The translations under genes were made by a program, and so were the position numbers. From Syntrophales bacterium (lineage in GTDB: Bacteria; Desulfobacterota; Syntrophia; Syntrophales; PHBD01), in contig OY764159.1 of NCBI GenBank assembly GCA_963668175.1, positions 1,440,001 through 1,504,000 of the forward strand: DNA of 64,000 nt, written 5' to 3'. The notes under the pieces were generated by a model. The model was not told the origin of the DNA. It did not search any database and worked only from the letters and a program-made list of their open reading frames with translations. This document shows, one piece after another, positions 45,687-54,410 of the stretch (position 1 is the stretch's first letter; every line of letters begins with the position of its first letter).

Positions 45687-45727
45687 AAGGGGGAATGATC
45701 CGGGGCGGATCGCTCCCCCTTTTATTT
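45687..45727. terminator. Terminator between eno and convergent small ORF
   Basis: AAGGGGGA...TCCCCCTT stem plus TTTATTT. Confidence 0.6.
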
Positions 45728-46006
45728 GGCGGCGAAGCGGACGAATACGCGGTAGTTGTTGGATTCGATGTCCCTGGGGATCATCCCGCCGTCAGGGACA
45801 AGCAGCATCAGAACGCGGCCCGCAGCCGGGTCGTAATCGTTTCCTCCCTGTCTGCGGTCCCGGTCTCCCGCTGGAGGGATGCCCCTTCTGTTCCGGGTCG
45901 ATCTGACCGTCAAGACCTTCGCTTCGACGAATCCTCCGCCCGTTGTTTCCTGGTTTTTCGCCCGCGTCGGGGTAATCTGACGGGACGATCCGACGACAAT
46001 TTCCAT
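45722..46006 (-). CDS. Hypothetical 94-aa protein
   Basis: RBS GAGGGGG; sigma28-type promoter directly upstream. Confidence 0.7.
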   Translation of the reverse strand: MEIVVGSSRQITPTRAKNQETTGGGFVEAKVLTVRSTRNRRGIPPAGDRDRRQGGNDYDPAAGRVLMLLVPDGGMIPRDIESNNYRVFVRFAAK

Positions 46007-46042
46007 ATTGCCCCCTCGTTCAATTTGCGATCTACATTATTC

Positions 46043-46070
46043 TTATCGGCTGTCTTTCTAATATTCTTTA
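46043..46070 (-). promoter_or_regulatory. sigma28 (FliA) promoter
   Basis: Minus strand TAAA-N16-GCCGATAA. Confidence 0.7.
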
Positions 46071-46245
46071 GTTATTTTCTACGTGCTGCCCGCCGCTGCT
46101 GTGGCAGAGGTTTTGAACGTCGCTGCCGCGCTCCGGCAGGACGGACACGGCAGCCGGCCGGCCATAAAAAGTATATAGCGGTGGATGAAGTTCCCAATCC
46201 TTCCGCGCAGGGAAGTGTGGAGAAAACGATCATAGAGGCTCGAAT

Positions 46246-46482
46246 TTATCGTGTCGGTGTACCGGTAGCCTGGCGATACAGCTTTTCGATGCCGGCAAGG
46301 ATGGCGAGAACGAACAGGCCGCCCATGAAGAGCGGCGACAGGGTCAAGTCTCCCGTGAACCAGAAGCCGATGTGGATTTGCAGGAAAGAAGCGACGACGA
46401 TGGCGAAACCCCAGTCGCTTATCAAAAGAAGCAGGGCGTGAACCGCCCCGCCTCTCTCTGCTGCATGATGCTCTGTGACCAT
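46246..46482 (-). CDS. Small 2-TM membrane protein
   Basis: Two hydrophobic segments; co-oriented downstream of 46535-46810. Confidence 0.55.
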   Translation of the reverse strand: MVTEHHAAERGGAVHALLLLISDWGFAIVVASFLQIHIGFWFTGDLTLSPLFMGGLFVLAILAGIEKLYRQATGTPTR

Positions 46483-46534
46483 GATATCCCATCCCGAAAA
46501 TGAGGGATAACGCGATAAGTGCTTACAAGACCGA

Positions 46535-46810
46535 TTAACCGACGATGCTCCTCAGGGCGTCGATGACGGGGTTCGTGAAGAGGGCGACGAGGACCGCGTA
46601 CAGGGCGAAGGCGCCGACCGCTTCGTTGGTGTACATTTTTTCATATTTGTGTTTGAGGGAGATGATCGTCATGCCGCCGACGATGAGGCATCCGAGCTGG
46701 AAGAAGGGGAAGCTCCCCGCGCCTGTTGCGGAAAATTCCGCGTATCCGAAAGTAGCCGTTGTCAGGACGACGAACACCGAAACCAACAAGGTTTGAATTC
46801 TCTTTTTCAT
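46535..46810 (-). CDS. Small membrane protein with signal-peptide-like N-terminus (91 aa)
   Basis: Strong RBS AAGGAGG; MKKRIQ...GYA leader plus two hydrophobic helices. Confidence 0.75.
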   Translation of the reverse strand: MKKRIQTLLVSVFVVLTTATFGYAEFSATGAGSFPFFQLGCLIVGGMTIISLKHKYEKMYTNEAVGAFALYAVLVALFTNPVIDALRSIVG

Positions 46811-46873
46811 GATCTGTATCCTCCTTTTTATTTTTAGCCCTTCGGGCTTTTTTTCTCTTTTTGCTTTTAATAT

Positions 46874-46890
46874 ATCAAAAGGTGTGCCAG
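46874..46890 (-). promoter_or_regulatory. sigma54-like promoter
   Basis: CTGGCACACCTTTTGAT (GG-N10-GA); IHF consensus TATCAGCATGTTA at 46919-46931. Confidence 0.55.
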
Positions 46891-47202
46891 GGCATGCCGC
46901 AGGCCGAGGTGATACATATAACATGCTGATAATAATAAATAATAGCAATGTCTGGTCTCCGGGAGATTCTCTTCGCAGGTCTGTCTTGCCCGGGTGGTTT
47001 TAAAAAAAACGTTCAAAGGGGTTGAACAATATGTGCGGAAGACGAAACCGGGGGGGGTGGTCATAACGGATTGTCGTGTGAGGATTTTAACCGGATAGGA
47101 TCCATGGCAAGGCGGCTGAAGGCCGGAGCGGATATCTCCGCTTTGGCGAGGGCATGATAAAGACATTTACAGAGCCGATTCGTTTTTGTTAAGAGGAGCT
47201 TC

Positions 47203-48225
47203 ATGAAAAAGCCCACAAAATGCCGTTTAATATTTTCAGAAATGGTCCGGATATGCCGTATCCTTTGTTTGGCCGGAGTTTTCATGTTTCTGGGAAACGA
47301 TCCGGCCGCTTGCGCCGCGGAAGGCGAGGCACAGCAAACCTCCGTCAAACCCTGGTCGATCGATCTTAAGGTATTGAATTATTTTAAAAGCCACACATCT
47401 TATGAGTTCGGCAATCCCGATCCGCCCGGTCAGGTCCCCTTGAGCAGGCTGGAATTCCCCATGAACAGCTGGTGGGCCGGTGTGGAGGTGCGGCGCAACA
47501 TCGGACGCGTTTCGTTGGGTGTCGAGATTCTCCGGAATATTTCGGCGGAAGCGAACGGCCTGTTCAAGGATTCGGACTGGGATAATGACAAAGACCCCAC
47601 GACGAGGACCATCTATTCGGAATCGAACTGCCGCATGGAGCCCAGTTACAATTTCCGTGCGGAAGTCGACATGCAGACATCGGATTGGCTCAAACTGCCG
47701 ACCCGATTGGAACTGCGGCCCGTGGTAGGGTTCCGCTGGCAGCGCCTGTCTTTTGTGGCCCATGACGGCGTTCAAACGGAATTCTCGCCGACCAAAGGCA
47801 CCACGACAGTCGTCGCCCTACCCGGAGACGTCATTCGTTTCGAGCAGACTTACTGGCACTATTTCTTCGGCTTAAAAACGGCCTACGATCTGGGGAGGCC
47901 AATGAATCTGCCGCGGCTGAAACTGCACGGCCAGGTGGATTGGGCCTATGTCGTCGGGAGCAACCAGGATCAACACCTGTTGCGGGGTTACCGTTTTACC
48001 TACGAGAAGACGACCGGTGACGCCTGGCACGGAACAATCGGCCTGAAGATGGAAATGACCGGCAGCATAAGTGCGGGCGCGGCATTCGATTATCTCCGGA
48101 TACAGACGAAGGGCTCTCACCGCATGGTGGACGGTTCCGTGCCGTTCGTAATGGCCTGGGACAACGGGGTCAGGGTCTGGTCGGAGCAGATGAATCTGAT
48201 GCTCTACCTGGAATATGCGTTTTAA
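47203..48225 (+). CDS. Omptin-family outer membrane protease
   Basis: Signal peptide; SRLEF, DSDW, DQH motifs; beta-barrel pattern; terminal Phe. Confidence 0.8.
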   Translation: MKKPTKCRLIFSEMVRICRILCLAGVFMFLGNDPAACAAEGEAQQTSVKPWSIDLKVLNYFKSHTSYEFGNPDPPGQVPLSRLEFPMNSWWAGVEVRRNIGRVSLGVEILRNISAEANGLFKDSDWDNDKDPTTRTIYSESNCRMEPSYNFRAEVDMQTSDWLKLPTRLELRPVVGFRWQRLSFVAHDGVQTEFSPTKGTTTVVALPGDVIRFEQTYWHYFFGLKTAYDLGRPMNLPRLKLHGQVDWAYVVGSNQDQHLLRGYRFTYEKTTGDAWHGTIGLKMEMTGSISAGAAFDYLRIQTKGSHRMVDGSVPFVMAWDNGVRVWSEQMNLMLYLEYAF

Positions 48226-48252
48226 CCTGGATCGTCACGAAGAAAGAGACAC

Positions 48253-48280
48253 AAGGGGGGGATGCTGTCGCACCCCCTCT
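48253..48280. terminator. Hairpin between convergent omptin and Fe-S operon
   Basis: G-run/C-run stem-loop. Confidence 0.55.
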
Positions 48281-48307
48281 GGTTGTCCGAAAAGGTTTAA
48301 GAGCGGT

Positions 48308-49000
48308 TCAGGCGCTGAGATAGCGGCTGCACTGGAAGCCTTTGCCCACTTCGCACCAGACACAGATGCCCGGAAGCTCCTTCGCCAGTGTGAGTTGGGA
48401 GTCGCACTGGCCGCAGAGACGCTCCTTGCCCTCCGTCATGGGGCCTCCGCACGGCGTGACCGACATCGGACAGAAGGCTATACAGGCATTGCATTTCTTG
48501 CAGAAAGAGGACAGCGTTCCGGGGGGATGGTCCACATGGCGATCCCGGCCGCGGCCGACAAACCCCAAAGCCTGGGCCTTTGCCTGTTCGCCGCAGAGCC
48601 TTACGCAGCGGCCGCAGAGAATGCAATTGTCGTTGCGGAAGGGATAGCGTACCTCCGTGACGCCGCAACGGACCGCCATATCCTGGACTGCTTTTGAGTT
48701 CGGTGCTTGTGAAACGAGAAGTTCCGCGATGTTCTTGCGATATTTCATGACACGTTCGGTGTTGCTGAGGATGACCATGCCCTCTTGGACCTGTAGCGTA
48801 CATGAGGTCGTAATCTTCGCTTTGCCGTTTGTGACATTTTCCACGAGGCAGAGGCGGCAGGCACCCATATCGGAAATGCCGGGGACATGGCACAGGTGCG
48901 GGATACAGATGCCGCGGCTGATGGCGGCATCGAGAACGCTCATTCCCTTGACGGCTTTCACGGAAATGTTATTAATCGTCAAATTCACAGTCTGTTTCAT
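48308..49000 (-). CDS. [2Fe-2S]+2x[4Fe-4S] protein (NuoG/HydA N-terminal-like, BamI-like)
   Basis: IPHLC..GACRLC..TSC; CILCGRCVRLC; CKKCNACIAFCP; six extra C-terminal Cys. Confidence 0.88.
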   Translation of the reverse strand: MKQTVNLTINNISVKAVKGMSVLDAAISRGICIPHLCHVPGISDMGACRLCLVENVTNGKAKITTSCTLQVQEGMVILSNTERVMKYRKNIAELLVSQAPNSKAVQDMAVRCGVTEVRYPFRNDNCILCGRCVRLCGEQAKAQALGFVGRGRDRHVDHPPGTLSSFCKKCNACIAFCPMSVTPCGGPMTEGKERLCGQCDSQLTLAKELPGICVWCEVGKGFQCSRYLSA

Positions 49001-49011
49001 AGCTCACCTCG

Positions 49012-50865
49012 TCAACTGGCCATAATAGCTTCAAATTTGCATTCCCCAACGCAGATACCGCATCTCCTGCAGGCAGACGGATCGATGACGTGGGCCTTCT
49101 TCTTTTCACCGGCAACGGCGTCATGCGGGCAGCCGCGCAGGCAGCTTCCGCATCCGTTACATTTGGCGGCGTCGATCCTATAGGTGATCAGGGCCTTGCA
49201 GACGCCGGCCGGGCAGTGCTTGTCATGAATATGTGCCGCGTACTCCTGGGGAAAGTATTGGAGCGTCGAAAGCACCGGGTTGGGGGCCGTCTTTCCTAGG
49301 CCGCATAGGGACGTCACGCCGATCGTTTCGCCCAGCTCCTTGAGAAGGTCGATATGTTCCGGCCGGCCCCGTCCTTCGGTGATTTCGGTAACGATCTCCA
49401 GCATCCGGTCGATCCCGTAGCGGCAGGGTGCGCATTTGCCGCACGACTCATCCTGGAGGAAGTTGAGGAAGTATTTGGCCACGTCTACCATGCAGGTGCC
49501 TTCGTCCATGACCACCATGCCTCCGGAGCCCATCATCGACCCGGCATCGTAAAGCATGTCGAAGTCGATGGGGAGATGGAATTTGGACGCCGGCAGGCAA
49601 CCGCCCGAAGGGCCTCCGGTCTGAACGGCCTTGACCGCCTTGCCGTTATTAGAACCGCCGCCGATATCGAAGATGACGGATTTCAGCGACGTTCCCATAG
49701 CCACTTCGACCAGGCCCGTGTTCTTGACCTGTCCGGTCAGGGAGAGGATTTTGGTACCTTTGCTCCCCTTGGTCCCCTTGAAAGCGAATCGCTTGGCCCC
49801 GTTCATCATGATGCCGGGCACGTTGGCCCAGGTTTCCACGTTATTCAGAACCGTGGGTCTGTTCCAGAGTCCTTCCTTGACTGTGTGGATATCCTTGGCC
49901 CGCGGTTCTCCGACCTTGCCTTCGACCGAAGCCATGAGCGCCGTGGATTCGCCGCAAACAAAAGCACCGCCGCCGCGGGCAATATCGACGTCGAACGAGA
50001 AAGTCGACCCCAGAATGCGATCGCCCAGGAGCCCGTATTCTCTGGCCTGTTCGACGGCCTGCCTGGCATGTTTGACGGCCAGCGGGTATTCGCGCCGGAC
50101 ATAGATGTAGCCGTTTTGCGCCCCCGTCGCCCAGGCGCCGATCATCATGCCTTCGATGACCTGGTGGGGATTGCCCTCTAGGAGGCAGCGATCCATATAG
50201 GCGCCCGGGTCCCCCTCGTCGGCGTTGCAGATCACATACTTCTCGCATCCCGCAACCGCCATGCATTCCTGCCACTTCTCGCCCGTGGGGAATCCGCCGC
50301 CTCCGCGGCCGCGCAGTCCGGACGCCTTGATTTCGCCGATGACCTCCGCCGGTTTGAAGCCGTCCAGCGTCTTGGCCAGCGCCGCGTATCCGCCGATGGC
50401 GATATAGTCGTCGATGGAACGGGGGTCTACCAGCCTGTTGCTCGACAGCAATTGACGGTCCTGCTCGCGATAGAAGGGAATTTCCGCCTCGGTCATGACT
50501 TTTCTGCCCGAAATAGGATCGGTATAGAGCAGGCGGTCGATGACGTCTCCTTTTTTCACAGTCTTGGCGACGATTTCCGCGGCGTCGGCGGGGGCCATAC
50601 GGCAGTAAAAGAGATTGCCCGGCTCGAAGACCATGATGGGGCCCTGTTCGCAGAAGCCGTGACATCCGGTCACGCGCAGCCGGACGTCTTTTTCCAGTTT
50701 CTGGGCCTTCAATTCTTTCCGTAAGGCGTCGATGACCGCCGGAGACTTCGATGCCTGGCAGCCGGTTCCGCCGCAGATGATGATCGTCATGCGGGTGCTT
50801 TTGCGGTCCGCGAGCAGCCTTTTGCGCAGCAATTCGAGATCACTTGCTTTTCTGAGATTTGGCAT
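49012..50865 (-). CDS. NuoF/HydB-like FMN/NAD(H)-binding subunit
   Basis: GLRGRGGGGFPTG, CNADEGDPGA, GGPSGG, CGKCAPCR; N-terminal 2Fe-2S; C-terminal 2x4Fe-4S. Confidence 0.95.
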   Translation of the reverse strand: MPNLRKASDLELLRKRLLADRKSTRMTIIICGGTGCQASKSPAVIDALRKELKAQKLEKDVRLRVTGCHGFCEQGPIMVFEPGNLFYCRMAPADAAEIVAKTVKKGDVIDRLLYTDPISGRKVMTEAEIPFYREQDRQLLSSNRLVDPRSIDDYIAIGGYAALAKTLDGFKPAEVIGEIKASGLRGRGGGGFPTGEKWQECMAVAGCEKYVICNADEGDPGAYMDRCLLEGNPHQVIEGMMIGAWATGAQNGYIYVRREYPLAVKHARQAVEQAREYGLLGDRILGSTFSFDVDIARGGGAFVCGESTALMASVEGKVGEPRAKDIHTVKEGLWNRPTVLNNVETWANVPGIMMNGAKRFAFKGTKGSKGTKILSLTGQVKNTGLVEVAMGTSLKSVIFDIGGGSNNGKAVKAVQTGGPSGGCLPASKFHLPIDFDMLYDAGSMMGSGGMVVMDEGTCMVDVAKYFLNFLQDESCGKCAPCRYGIDRMLEIVTEITEGRGRPEHIDLLKELGETIGVTSLCGLGKTAPNPVLSTLQYFPQEYAAHIHDKHCPAGVCKALITYRIDAAKCNGCGSCLRGCPHDAVAGEKKKAHVIDPSACRRCGICVGECKFEAIMAS

Positions 50866-51340
50866 GGCCGGCCTCCTTTTCCTTCTTCTCCGCGGCCTTG
50901 TCGATCAACCTGCGAAGATTCCCTGGCGATACATGGTGGTTGTACGATTCGTTGTGCACGACGATGGGTCCGAGGGCGCAAGCCCCGAGGCAATTGACGC
51001 ATTCGACGGTAAACTGTCCGTCCTTGGTCGTTTCGCCGGGCTTGATGCCGAGCTGGCCTTGCACCTGGTCAATCAGAAGATTCGACCCGCGGACATGGCA
51101 GGCCGTGCCTGAGCAGATCGTGACGACGTTCTTCCCCCGGGGGGTGAGGGAAAAGGCCGTGTAGAAATGGGCCACACGGTAGACGTCGATCAGGGGTACC
51201 CCCAACTCCTTTGCGACCTTCTTCAGGGCGTCCTCCGCAAGGTAGCCCTGGGCGTCCTGCAGATCGAGGAGTACCTCGATGAGCTGGTCCGGCCGGCTGC
51301 GCCTCCCTTCGAGAATGGAATCAACCGTTGCAGTGCACAT
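50840..51340 (-). CDS. NuoE/HydC-like [2Fe-2S] subunit
   Basis: CSGTAC...CLGAC; RBS AAGGAGG. Confidence 0.95.
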   Translation of the reverse strand: MCTATVDSILEGRRSRPDQLIEVLLDLQDAQGYLAEDALKKVAKELGVPLIDVYRVAHFYTAFSLTPRGKNVVTICSGTACHVRGSNLLIDQVQGQLGIKPGETTKDGQFTVECVNCLGACALGPIVVHNESYNHHVSPGNLRRLIDKAAEKKEKEAGHAKSQKSK

Positions 51341-51418
51341 GCGATCCTCCTTTATGGAAATTCATGATTGATTTTGCATGAATAACCTGTTAAGTGAGGA
51401 CCTGTAAATGACAATAGA

Positions 51419-51496
51419 ATGCCCATTCAATGCCTATGTCTAATGGGTAATAATTATCCTTTTTTATGCCCATGAATTGCCTATGCCTTATAGGCA
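51419..51496. repeat. Imperfect 29-bp direct repeat pair in divergent promoter region
   Basis: 51419-51447 vs 51466-51494, 23/29 identical by hand; TGCCYAT units. Confidence 0.7.
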
Positions 51497-51507
51497 GGAG
51501 GTTGCTC

Positions 51508-52476
51508 ATGAAGACGGGAAAGTCGGCACTGCCGCAACGGGAGCTGCCGGAATCGTTCAATCCTTATAACTGGCTCTCCCAGCTTTGGCGAATCCCCTTC
51601 ATCCAGGAAACGGAACCCGAAAAGGTGGACGTCGCGCTTCGCGAACGGATCAAGGAGTTGAATTGCCTATACGGCCTCGCGAGGCTCGCGGAATGCTATC
51701 ACGATTCGATGGACGAGTTTCTCAAGTACCTTGTGGACTTTCTGCCGCTCTCGTGGCAGTACCCGGAAATTGCCTGTGTCCGCGTCTTATTCCAGGGAAC
51801 CGTCTACAAGTCCCGGTCGTTCAAATCGTCCAAATGGCGGCAATATGCACAGATCATGATGTATAACGAACCGGTGGGGGACGTGACCATATATTACCTG
51901 GAAGAGCGTCCGGCAGCCGATGAAGGTCCCTTCCTCAAGGAAGAGCGGGTTTTGCTTGAAGAAGTGGCGAGGCGTATCGGTATCACGGCCGTCAGGATCG
52001 CCGCCGAAGAGGACCTCAGGGAGATCAACAAGCAGCTCTCGACGGAGCGGGTGGCCCTGCAGGAGGCGAATGCGGCTCTGCGGGCCGTGCTGGCTAAGAT
52101 TGAGGAAGAAAAGAACCAGATCTACCGGGACATGAAGGCGAATATCGACAAGATCGTTATGCCGATCCTGCATTCGCTGGCCCTGGAACTGCCGAAAAGG
52201 CAGAGAAAATACCTCGAAATACTGAGGACAAACCTGGAAGAACTGACACAGCCGTTTGTCAGGAAAGTCCTTCATCGCTATCATGTCCTCTCGCCAATGG
52301 AGGTCACTATTTGCAATATGATCCGCAACGGGATGCGCACCAAGGAAATAGCCGAGCTGAGAGGGATTTCCGCCGCCACGGTCAACCGGCATCGCGAGCA
52401 CATCCGCCGCAAGCTTAATATCACCGGCCGTTCTGTCAACCTGATGAGCTATCTGCAGTCAATTTCTTCCGAATGA
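51508..52476 (+). CDS. LuxR-family regulator with GAF-like input domain
   Basis: ERIKELNC..WQYPE..EGPFL domain; HTH GMRTKEIAELRGIS. Confidence 0.9.
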   Translation: MKTGKSALPQRELPESFNPYNWLSQLWRIPFIQETEPEKVDVALRERIKELNCLYGLARLAECYHDSMDEFLKYLVDFLPLSWQYPEIACVRVLFQGTVYKSRSFKSSKWRQYAQIMMYNEPVGDVTIYYLEERPAADEGPFLKEERVLLEEVARRIGITAVRIAAEEDLREINKQLSTERVALQEANAALRAVLAKIEEEKNQIYRDMKANIDKIVMPILHSLALELPKRQRKYLEILRTNLEELTQPFVRKVLHRYHVLSPMEVTICNMIRNGMRTKEIAELRGISAATVNRHREHIRRKLNITGRSVNLMSYLQSISSE

Positions 52477-52610
52477 ACATGTAATGCGAACTGGTTGCAT
52501 TGTTGCGATAGCTTTTTCACGGCGAGTGTGTTAGGGGTAGCCGTCGTAAATGCAACTGAGTTGTCCGGAACGCAGAAGTCTGCCGAGGGTGTCATGACGG
52601 TTGATTGCCT

Positions 52611-52650
52611 AAACCCCGTTTCTTGAAAAAAGAACGGGGTTTTGTACTTT
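52611..52650 (+). terminator. Intrinsic terminator in the leader of the flavoprotein gene
   Basis: AAACCCCGTT...AACGGGGTTT stem plus T-rich tail. Confidence 0.75.
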
Positions 52651-52739
52651 CAGAGGCGGTGTGGTTTGAGAAGACCCGATGGACCGGTTGCCAGGACGTC
52701 GGGTGGTCATATCATCCATCTGCATCAGGAGGTTGATCA

Positions 52740-54314
52740 ATGGGGAAAGTAGAGAAGGATCAAACGGAAGTCAAAAAGGGGGTGAACCGGCGATCTGTTC
52801 TGAAGGGGGCTCTGTCCCTCGGCGCCATGACGGTAGGCGCGGGACTGGCCCTCAACATGGCGAGTCCGGGTACGGCGGAGGCAGCAGCCAAGAAACTGCC
52901 CCGGAAATGGGACGAGACCTGGGATGTGGTCATTATCGGTTCCGGTTTTGCCGGCCTGGCGGCGGCAGCCGATGCAGCAGCGGCCGGCTGCAAGACGGTC
53001 ATCCTGGAGAAGATGCCCATCTACGGCGGCAATTCGATCATCAACGGAGGCGGTTACGGGGCGTGGGACGACAAGGACCACATGCGCAAGAAGCTCAATC
53101 TCGGCGAAGACAGCCCCAAGCTGCATTACGAGGACACGCTCAAGGGCGGCGATTACTATAATCTTCCGGAACTGGTGGAGGTCCTGGTCAACGGCGCCCC
53201 GGACGCCCTGACCTGGATGATGACCGAAGGGGGGCTGGAACTCCGCGAACTGCTGCAGAGAGGCGGCGGGCATACGGCCTACCGCGCCCATTTTTCCAAG
53301 AACAGCTCGGGCAGGGACTTTACGGATGCCTTGAAAAAAATCGGCGAGCGGAAGGGTTCCAGGATGGTCCTCAATTCGGAAGTCACCTGGCTCTGGCGGC
53401 AGGATGCCGACCCGAAAAGCCCGGTCCTCGGGGTGGAGGTAAAAAGAGGAAGAAAGATACTGAATCTCAAGGCGAAGAAGGCCGTCATCCTGGCATCGGG
53501 AGGCTTCGGCCAGGACGTGAAAATGCGGATGGACCATTTCCCGAAACTCGTTTCGGCCTTCAACTGCACCAATCATAAGGGTGCAACGGGCGAAATGATC
53601 CGGTTTGCCCAGGCCATCGGTGCCGATACGGTGCAGATGAACTTTATCCAGCTTTACCCCTTTGCCGAGCCGGAGACGGGGACCCTGGACAATCCCGCCG
53701 TATTCCCCTTCACCGGCCCGGGCCGCGGCGCCATCTATATCAATAGGAAAGGCAAACGATTTGTCAGCGAACTGGAACGGCGTGATGTCTGCGCCTTTGC
53801 CCAGATCAATATGGGTGCGGACATGAAGCCGTCCTATACCCTTTTCAATGCGGCCATGGTGCCGCTCATGGGTTTCAAACCCGAGGAACTGGAAGCCGGC
53901 CTGCAGAAGAAGCGGTTCACAACGGCCGATACGATCGGCGACCTGGCCCGGAAACTGGGCATCCCGGCCGATGCCCTGGAAAAAACCGTAAACGACCACA
54001 ACCGCTATCTTAAAGAGGGCAAAGACCCTGAATTCAATAAGCCGTTAACTCCGACCATGATGCCCCTGGACAAGGGGCCGTTTTATGCCGTCGCCCAGTG
54101 GCCGGCGGTCCATCACACGATGGGGGGCCTGAGGATCAACAAGAACGCCCAGGTCGTCGACTGTTTCGGCTCCGTCATCCCCAGGCTTTATGCAGCGGGG
54201 GAGGTGGCCGGCGGCGTTCACGGCTCCAACAGGCTGGGAACAAACGCCACGGCCGATTGCGTCGTCTTCGGCCGGGTTGCCGGGAAAAATGCGGCCCAGG
54301 AAAAATCGGTATAA
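52740..54314 (+). CDS. Tat-exported flavocytochrome-c-type flavoprotein (fumarate/urocanate reductase family)
   Basis: Tat motif NRRSVLK; GSGFAG; HHTMGG; GSNRLG. Confidence 0.92.
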   Translation: MGKVEKDQTEVKKGVNRRSVLKGALSLGAMTVGAGLALNMASPGTAEAAAKKLPRKWDETWDVVIIGSGFAGLAAAADAAAAGCKTVILEKMPIYGGNSIINGGGYGAWDDKDHMRKKLNLGEDSPKLHYEDTLKGGDYYNLPELVEVLVNGAPDALTWMMTEGGLELRELLQRGGGHTAYRAHFSKNSSGRDFTDALKKIGERKGSRMVLNSEVTWLWRQDADPKSPVLGVEVKRGRKILNLKAKKAVILASGGFGQDVKMRMDHFPKLVSAFNCTNHKGATGEMIRFAQAIGADTVQMNFIQLYPFAEPETGTLDNPAVFPFTGPGRGAIYINRKGKRFVSELERRDVCAFAQINMGADMKPSYTLFNAAMVPLMGFKPEELEAGLQKKRFTTADTIGDLARKLGIPADALEKTVNDHNRYLKEGKDPEFNKPLTPTMMPLDKGPFYAVAQWPAVHHTMGGLRINKNAQVVDCFGSVIPRLYAAGEVAGGVHGSNRLGTNATADCVVFGRVAGKNAAQEKSV

Positions 54315-54410
54315 CGAATGAACGGGAGGGATGCCCGTCCCGTCGGACGGGCTCCTTTCTCCGGCGAATAAAGGAGGGGCGTCCGGCCGCCTTCCTGCCG
54401 GAGTACGCAG

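Noticed and set aside
48308..51340. Respiratory complex I (nuoEFG) or a hydrogenase/formate dehydrogenase operon
   Set aside because: No membrane nuo genes, H-cluster, NiFe or molybdopterin subunit
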